This document shows positions 49,798 through 55,616 of a stretch of DNA of 55,616 bases, piece by piece. The translations under genes and the position numbers were made by a program. The stretch comes from a virus. Taxonomy: Duplodnaviria > Caudoviricetes. The notes under the pieces were generated by a model that worked only from the letters and a program-made list of their open reading frames with translations, searched no databases and had not been told where the DNA came from. The stretch spans positions 1 to 55,616 of IMG/VR virus record IMGVR_UViG_3300002098_000043. One strand, given 5' to 3'. The number at the start of each line of letters is the position of its first letter. The stretch's first letter is position 1.

Positions 49798-49826
49798 GTA
49801 ACCTTTTACCTGCTCATTACGTTAAA
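49798..49826 (+). promoter_or_regulatory. ECF-like promoter GTAACC-N16-CGTTAAA
   Basis: Head of rightward early gene cluster. Confidence 0.55.
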
Positions 49827-49868
49827 GGTAGTATATAACAATTATTAACCACTTAAAAACTCGCTAAA

Positions 49869-50048
49869 ATGAAAATCCGAATCGACAAAGAAAACAAACC
49901 CCAAGTTAAGTTTATAGTACGTAAATTTGACGGTCACTCTGTAATTGGTGAAATGTGGGGTAATTTGGGAGTATTCCCAACCGAACAAGAAGCTATTGAT
50001 TTTTGCGCTTCTAAATACCCTCAATTACCAGTAAAGATAAACTATTAA
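49869..50048 (+). CDS. Small early protein (59 aa, MKIRIDKENK...)
   Basis: First ORF after promoter. Confidence 0.6.
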   Translation: MKIRIDKENKPQVKFIVRKFDGHSVIGEMWGNLGVFPTEQEAIDFCASKYPQLPVKINY

Positions 50049-50138
50049 AACTAACTTTAGCGAGTGCGGGAAAGGCAACGAGTACCGCAACGCTTTAAAA
50101 ATTAACTAAACGTATAACACTTATAAACCCTGTCAATT

Positions 50139-50531
50139 ATGAAAACCACAACCAAACAAACTAAAATTGAAAAGTTGTTAGAACCCCACTACTTCGACCT
50201 TGATAATGATTTAGTGGTAGATTTTAACGCTATTATTGAGAATAAAGTACAAAATTACGGTAAAGATAAAGCCGCCCTAAAGAGCTTTTTTGAAGACTTA
50301 CAACGTGGCGGTTGCATTAGCGGTATGATTGGTGAATTTATCTACCATAACGACTGTAAAGAGTTCTATGTTCGCCATATTGATGCCTTAGAAAGCTTTA
50401 AATCTGAGCTTGAGGAAGAAATGGGTGAGCCTATCCAAAACCACCACAACAGCCCTCATTACACCTTTATGTGCTGGCTATGTTTTGAGGAATACTGCCA
50501 TAAATTGTATAACGCAATATTTGAACAGTAG
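50139..50531 (+). CDS. Conserved acidic early phage protein
   Basis: DL..GGC.SG...FIY..D...FY pattern. Confidence 0.7.
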   Translation: MKTTTKQTKIEKLLEPHYFDLDNDLVVDFNAIIENKVQNYGKDKAALKSFFEDLQRGGCISGMIGEFIYHNDCKEFYVRHIDALESFKSELEEEMGEPIQNHHNSPHYTFMCWLCFEEYCHKLYNAIFEQ

Positions 50532-50657
50532 CCCATGCAAACTAACCTATTAACAATTGATGAGTTAATTGTATTAGCTGTCAGTTACTTACCAAATTAA
50601 TGGTAAATTCATCCGCGAGTAAATTATTGAATATCAAACAATTAAAAATTACATACA

Positions 50658-50873
50658 ATGAAAAAGATAACAGCAAGATTTAACAGCCAATGCACTGAAA
50701 CTGGCAAGAAAATAAAAAAAGGAGAGCAAATGTATTACGATTATGCAACTAAAAAATGCTACTGTCTTGAAAGCAATAAAGCAAGCAAACCAGCCGATCA
50801 GGAGTTAGCTAACTTTATACAAGCTAATGAAGACGCGTATTTTGATAACTTTTGCCAACAAAATAACATTTAA
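50658..50873 (+). CDS. Small Zn-finger-like protein
   Basis: ARF.S.C.E.G..IKKG....Y......YC. Confidence 0.65.
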   Translation: MKKITARFNSQCTETGKKIKKGEQMYYDYATKKCYCLESNKASKPADQELANFIQANEDAYFDNFCQQNNI

Positions 50874-50907
50874 ACTCACTGAATAACTAACCTTAATACC
50901 TGAAATT

Positions 50908-51051
50908 ATGAAAAAGTTTAAAAAAGGCTCTAAAGTCCTAACAAAAGATGGTAATATTGAAACTGTGTTACGCGTAAATAGTAACGGCAATATCGAAACT
51001 ATTGAAAACGACTATAGCCACAACCCTAATACATTAACTTTAATTGTTTAA
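50908..51051 (+). CDS. Small hypothetical protein (47 aa, MKKFKKGSKV...)
   Basis: Co-oriented ORF with F..G..V SH3-like start. Confidence 0.55.
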   Translation: MKKFKKGSKVLTKDGNIETVLRVNSNGNIETIENDYSHNPNTLTLIV

Positions 51052-51296
51052 TCTTTAAAAACCTGTCAGCCATGAATCAAAGAGAAAATCAAACACCACA
51101 ACAGCCAGTAGGAACAAGGGCGCCACATGAAAACCCTTTACCACTTGTAATAATTCCACAAGGATAGGGCTTTTTTCATCAGCGAGTTTAATTGTAACTC
51201 AGGACAAATAAAGCCATCTAAAACACTCAAAAATCAATTTTAACGCGTTGTTTTTATTAATCAATATCATTATTAAACAATTAAAAATTAGAAAAC

Positions 51297-51764
51297 ATGG
51301 GAACAAGACACCATCAAACGGTAATCGACAAAGAAGGTAATTTAAAAATCGCTCAATACGGTCAATGGGATGGCTATCCGTCAGGACAAGGCGCATCAAT
51401 TTTAGAATATCTGCGTAATGGTAATTTAGATAAATACCAAAAACAACTTGCTAAAATACCTCAAATAACAGAGGAGGAAATAAACAAGGTAAACGAGTCT
51501 AAAGACTGGAAAAGCGAATATCCATATTTAAGCCGTGACTGTGGTAGCGATATTCATAAATTAATTGAAGACGGTAAGGTTAAGTTTGTGCAGCATACCA
51601 GCATGGAAGAAGCGCAAAAATGGTGTGAGGGATTTTATACTATTGATTTTCAAAAGAATGAATTTGTAACTGAATTTAACGGTATTAGTAAATCATATTC
51701 TATTGATAAGCTACCAACTGAAAAGAAATATTTAAAGGACTGTGAGCCAACTGACGAAGATTAA
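51297..51764 (+). CDS. Conserved early phage protein (MGTR...WDGYP family)
   Basis: MGTR, QY.QWDGYPSG.G, Y.IDF motifs. Confidence 0.75.
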   Translation: MGTRHHQTVIDKEGNLKIAQYGQWDGYPSGQGASILEYLRNGNLDKYQKQLAKIPQITEEEINKVNESKDWKSEYPYLSRDCGSDIHKLIEDGKVKFVQHTSMEEAQKWCEGFYTIDFQKNEFVTEFNGISKSYSIDKLPTEKKYLKDCEPTDED

Positions 51765-51935
51765 CTCCGCCACCCAAAGAAAGTGCAACCTCAACAGGCT
51801 CCTACGGATCGCCTGACCCAACAAGATACCCAATCATCGGAACAGTATGAAAACAAGTATAAGAAATAAACTAATAAGAATAATGAGGCAAGAAAGGGCG
51901 ATATTTGCCCCTAGCCCTCCTAATACTAGAATGTT

Positions 51936-52088
51936 ATGAAAAGCATTAAACTAAATGAAGAAGAGGTTAAAATACTTTCAAAACTCGTATTTAAAGCCAT
52001 TGAAGACAACGCTTCAAAACAAGACGCAGAAGAAACAAGAAAACGAGCTAAAATACTACACGATTTATTTGATGTGCTAAATAAATAA
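51936..52088 (+). CDS. Small hypothetical protein (50 aa, MKSIKLNEEE...)
   Basis: Co-oriented ORF. Confidence 0.55.
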   Translation: MKSIKLNEEEVKILSKLVFKAIEDNASKQDAEETRKRAKILHDLFDVLNK

Positions 52089-52162
52089 TTCAACCAATAA
52101 CGCCCAACAATCCCAAATAAACCATAATCCCAAACAAAATAAATCCAAAGTTTAAGGTAATT

Positions 52163-52387
52163 ATGGTAAGTAAAAATAAATATTGGAAAGTAATGGAGAG
52201 TATAAAATACTTGTTCTTTGTGGATTATTCATCCGCGAATGAGAATACTAAAGCCCTCGTATATTGCTCTATTACGCATACAATTCAATTATCAGGCGTT
52301 ATTGCCCTCGATACCCTACTCAGCTACCTTGATGAAGAGCGCTATCTTAAAATCAGTCCTACGCTTAAAAAACACGTAACAATATAA
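52163..52387 (+). CDS. Hypothetical protein
   Basis: Operon member. Confidence 0.55.
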   Translation: MVSKNKYWKVMESIKYLFFVDYSSANENTKALVYCSITHTIQLSGVIALDTLLSYLDEERYLKISPTLKKHVTI

Positions 52388-52389
52388 TC

Positions 52390-52644
52390 ATGCCAAACGT
52401 TAAACAAATAGGATTAAAAGTTGCTATACTAACAGTAGGGGATAGAGTGAAGCACAGAACCGCTAACTATACTGCTGTTATTATAACGCTTACTAAAGGT
52501 GGCTCAGGACGAATAAGGGTCGAACCGTCCGCAGAAAATTTAGCGATCTGGGGAGGAAAAATACCCGCTGAATTTTTAGCCAAAAACCTCTTTAAACATT
52601 TTACCAAAATATATTTACCTAACAATCAAACTACAGTACTATGA
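52390..52644 (+). CDS. Hypothetical protein
   Basis: ATGA-coupled to next gene. Confidence 0.6.
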   Translation: MPNVKQIGLKVAILTVGDRVKHRTANYTAVIITLTKGGSGRIRVEPSAENLAIWGGKIPAEFLAKNLFKHFTKIYLPNNQTTVL

Positions 52645-53009
52645 GCCAAATATTCAATATTAATCCGCGGAGATTTTTAGAAATTTATGCAGAAATCCTA
52701 GCCGAAGTAGGCGGACAAGAAGTTGTTAACAACTGGATATTACAACAAAAATGTATATTTATAGAAGACCTATTCAGAGTTAAGAAGGTATTAGGGTCGT
52801 TTAACAAAGCGCATTTATTGGATATAGGTAATAATGCGGTAAGCACATTTGATGAGTACTATGAGCTTGATTTAGACCAATTAGAGCTAAAATTAGCCTA
52901 TTTGTCTGCAAAATTGTCGCGGATGATGAGAGATAAAGTTGATGCTCACAACCGCGCGTCTTGGAACCCTAAACCAAGTGATGAAGATGATTGGGGTAGA
53001 GCAAGATAA
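52641..53009 (+). CDS. Hypothetical protein
   Basis: Operon member. Confidence 0.65.
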   Translation: MSQIFNINPRRFLEIYAEILAEVGGQEVVNNWILQQKCIFIEDLFRVKKVLGSFNKAHLLDIGNNAVSTFDEYYELDLDQLELKLAYLSAKLSRMMRDKVDAHNRASWNPKPSDEDDWGRAR

Positions 53010-53039
53010 TCTTAACTAAGGACAAATAACGCAAAATCT

Positions 53040-53183
53040 ATGGACACGAATTCTAAACTTATACAGGCATTAAAACAAAAGAACGCCGATCTGATTAAAA
53101 TTGCCGCTGCAATTAAATCAGATAAAGATACCCCTGATTGGATTAAATGGTACATCGAAAAAGAATTGAAGGATATTAAATAA
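53040..53183 (+). CDS. Small hypothetical protein (47 aa, MDTNSKLIQ...)
   Basis: Converges on methyltransferase. Confidence 0.5.
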   Translation: MDTNSKLIQALKQKNADLIKIAAAIKSDKDTPDWIKWYIEKELKDIK

Positions 53184-53670
53184 TACTTAACTGATTTGTT
53201 TTTTCTTTTTCAATTCTTATGTAAACTGTATCCTTATTTACATGATGCCCTTCGAATACAACAATCATTGAATCGTGCATTGGATTATCATCAGCTTGCT
53301 CTCCTTTTGTATTTATGCCCTCAAACCTTACGCGCCCTTTAATATATCTTATTTCTCTTGCATGAGGTAAAATTATGTTATGAAACATAGCAGTACTTGT
53401 GCTGGACGGCAATAATAAAACGCAAATTTTTCCTTTTTTAGATTCCTCTAGCGCTTTTTTAACAAAAGCCTCTTTTAGTTTTCGTGAATATGGGGGATTA
53501 ACAAAATTAGACATTCCCCACTCTTTTAACAATCCATTATTTTTGGTAGTAATTGGTCCGATATTTAAAGGACACGGGTCTAAATCAAAATTAAACTCAG
53601 CATTTAACTTATCATATAACCATTTTGGGGTGGACCAGTTATCGTGATGTTCTATATTTCTATTTTTCAT
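53176..53670 (-). CDS. Phage DNA N6-adenine methyltransferase (Dam-like)
   Basis: W.TP..L...L..EF.F.LDPC, FVNPPYS, GR.RF motifs. Confidence 0.88.
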   Translation of the reverse strand: MKNRNIEHHDNWSTPKWLYDKLNAEFNFDLDPCPLNIGPITTKNNGLLKEWGMSNFVNPPYSRKLKEAFVKKALEESKKGKICVLLLPSSTSTAMFHNIILPHAREIRYIKGRVRFEGINTKGEQADDNPMHDSMIVVFEGHHVNKDTVYIRIEKEKTNQLSII

Positions 53671-54017
53671 CTTTGTATCTTAAAACAAACTTGTCCCACA
53701 TTCTCCCAATTACAGATAGAAGGGTGAAAGGTTATGGTTTGTGAGTTTCTTGTTATTATTCCTCCTTTTTCTAATCTTCCTAAGGCCATGCTAATACTAC
53801 CAGTAGGGATACTGGTTTGTTTCTCTATCCATCCACGAGTATGATAATCTAAGGTGATAGAATTAGCCCCGTCCGCTAGCATAAGAAGTGAATTAAGAAG
53901 ATTTGCTTCAGTGGGAGAGGTAATGTTATGGTTGATGTATAGAATAGCTCTTAAAGCTTCTAATGGCTTTATTTCAAAAGACCTGCGGATTAATTTATTT
54001 TCGGTTATTTCCATCAT
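53667..54017 (-). CDS. Winged-helix DNA-binding protein
   Basis: T.TEA.LL, SIS.AL.RLEK.G.I pattern. Confidence 0.55.
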   Translation of the reverse strand: MMEITENKLIRRSFEIKPLEALRAILYINHNITSPTEANLLNSLLMLADGANSITLDYHTRGWIEKQTSIPTGSISMALGRLEKGGIITRNSQTITFHPSICNWENVGQVCFKIQR

Positions 54018-54607
54018 TCTCCCTCCCCCTTCTTTCCTTCCAATTCTGCTGATGTTTCTGTGGTTTGGTTTAAAAGATTATTACTGATATCAACAGAACC
54101 AGTTATAGCTTCTTTCATTTGATTATAAGAACTTAAATTTACTGTTCCGCATAATTCATTGATTTGTTTTATCCCATCCTCTAATTCTTTTATTCTATCG
54201 CAAGATTTTTTAGCAACATCAAGCAAAGATTCTTGAAGCCTATCTCTCTCCTCTTTCAGTTCTTCTATTTCCTGCTCAAGCTTTGAAATTTTAAGTTGTT
54301 GAACCGCAATTAACCTACCATCAGAAGTAGATAATTCATTAAGCTTTATAATTTCCTTTATTGCAGAGGCGAGGTCGGATTGTAGTTGTTCATTTCTTTC
54401 TGTCCATCGTTTTACGTGCAATCTGTCAATAACTTTACATTGTTCAATTTCCTTTTCTTTTTCTTGGAGGGAGGTAGATAGTTCTTTGTTTTGGAGAATT
54501 AAATCTTCAATTACTGATTCAACAGTTTTATAAAGCAAGGTGTTTTCTTTGATTCCGTACTTTTCAAAAAGTTCTTTTACTTCTGATATCTTGTTTTCGT
54601 TGGTCAT
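54014..54607 (-). CDS. Mosaic coiled-coil protein paralogous to 1063..1701
   Basis: Three shared peptide/DNA blocks. Confidence 0.75.
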   Translation of the reverse strand: MTNENKISEVKELFEKYGIKENTLLYKTVESVIEDLILQNKELSTSLQEKEKEIEQCKVIDRLHVKRWTERNEQLQSDLASAIKEIIKLNELSTSDGRLIAVQQLKISKLEQEIEELKEERDRLQESLLDVAKKSCDRIKELEDGIKQINELCGTVNLSSYNQMKEAITGSVDISNNLLNQTTETSAELEGKKGEGE

Positions 54608-54661
54608 GGTATTATGATAAAATAATTGTGAATAATGCCGTTAATGTCTTGTTTTCGTTTG

Positions 54662-54907
54662 TCATCTTATTTGGGGTTTTAATTTATCAAAACTTTGCAC
54701 ATAATAATTATCGGGCAAAAACATCATAGTGTGTTCCTTTTTACTTTTTTCTTCAATGGAACTTAGTTCTCCGGTTTTTATACAGATAATGTCTCTGCGC
54801 CTCCTTTTTCCTTTCCAAAAATTGTTGCGAAACTTTTCGCCAATTTTTAAAGAATTGAACAAAATAGCTTCATACTTACTTTCCGAAAAATGATTCCAAT
54901 ATGCCAT
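54662..54907 (-). CDS. Hypothetical protein
   Basis: Starts at end of homology block 3. Confidence 0.65.
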   Translation of the reverse strand: MAYWNHFSESKYEAILFNSLKIGEKFRNNFWKGKRRRRDIICIKTGELSSIEEKSKKEHTMMFLPDNYYVQSFDKLKPQIR

Positions 54908-54941
54908 ATCCTTTATTTGTTTACTCCCTTAGTAGGGGTGG

Positions 54942-55103
54942 TTAATTAATTAGATTGCGTTTAAGTTCTCTAGCCATTTCTAAAGATACATAGTGTTGCA
55001 TTTCTTTTTTCTTGTTGCCTATTTTTCGCATTTTCTTAATTTCACTTTTATTAAATCGGATTATTTTATCTAAATGCTTTTCTTCATTATATTTCTTACT
55101 CAT
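54942..55103 (-). CDS. Small basic protein (53 aa, MSKKYNEEKH...), not in ORF track
   Basis: Mirror position to 653..832. Confidence 0.6.
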   Translation of the reverse strand: MSKKYNEEKHLDKIIRFNKSEIKKMRKIGNKKKEMQHYVSLEMARELKRNLIN

Positions 55104-55539
55104 CTTTCTTAGATTTTTGGTTTTCAGTTTTAAAAATTATTCCTGCTTTTTTTATGTTATTGTAATAACTTTTCATCCAACTCTCCGAATTAGGGTATTT
55201 GTATGTATTATCTCGTATAACTTCTAATTTTTTAACCAAATCAAAAAAATCATCAGAACCCTCAGAGGATACTTTAGAGCGCATCCATTTAGCTCCTGAT
55301 CTAAACGAATTAGAAGGGCCACAATGTTTATTAATGCCTTCAGATTTCCATCTAAACGCTTCTTTGTTTATCTCCTCATCACTAATTGCTCCTTCTGATA
55401 TTGGGAGGGATTCGTCGAATAGCCTCACAATTTCGCTTGATGCGTTTTTTATAGCGTTTTCTTTTTCGTGAGGCGTTTGTGATTTTTGAAATCCGCTAAT
55501 AGCTCTCTTTATTATTTTCTCTATTTCCTTATTGTCCAT
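55096..55539 (-). CDS. Mosaic protein sharing N-terminus with 78..641
   Basis: MDNKEIEK start; KTEN near C-terminus. Confidence 0.75.
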   Translation of the reverse strand: MDNKEIEKIIKRAISGFQKSQTPHEKENAIKNASSEIVRLFDESLPISEGAISDEEINKEAFRWKSEGINKHCGPSNSFRSGAKWMRSKVSSEGSDDFFDLVKKLEVIRDNTYKYPNSESWMKSYYNNIKKAGIIFKTENQKSKKDE

Positions 55540-55616
55540 GTTGTTCTATTTAATTGGTTGTTTAAATTTTCGTTTCGCTATATTGTATCCAATAGTTAGT
55601 CCTAATATTATTCCCA
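55516..55616 (-). repeat. Right copy of perfect 101-bp inverted repeat
   Basis: Reverse complement of 1-101. Confidence 0.97.

Noticed and set aside
1-55616. CRISPR array, tRNA/tmRNA, DGR or retron
   Set aside because: No regularly spaced repeats, cloverleaf or reverse transcriptase seen; differences between arm blocks are not adenine-specific

Overview
AT-rich, partial genome of a crAss-like (Crassvirales-related) podophage, probably infecting a Bacteroidota host: TAnnTTTG -7 promoter boxes recur before most operons. A long minus-strand morphogenesis block (about 1.8-44.6 kb) follows crAss-like synteny: TerL, portal, scaffold-like protein, MCP, ring proteins, auxiliary capsid protein, fibres, GH25 lysis cassette, IHF-like protein, muzzle, cargo/ejection proteins and tail hub. 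Small early genes lie at 44.6-55.6 kb. No DNA polymerase, primase, helicase, virion RNA polymerase, integrase, tRNA or CRISPR array is visible. Most unusual structures: (1) both ends carry a perfect 101-bp inverted repeat and six more 32-47 bp homology blocks in mirror order, separating unrelated gene modules, a possible two-arm shuffling system. (2) An intact IS1595 DDE transposase sits outside and divergent from a 2.85-kb cassette of small genes bounded by CTAC-AG-GTAG sites, an integron-like or MIC-like layout. (3) A heavily base-paired ~700-nt region with its own promoter (3.2-3.9 kb) looks like a large ncRNA. (4) A covarying GC-GAGAG-GC hairpin marks three head-gene transcripts. Family names for virion proteins rest on synteny, size and motifs read by eye, not on database searches.
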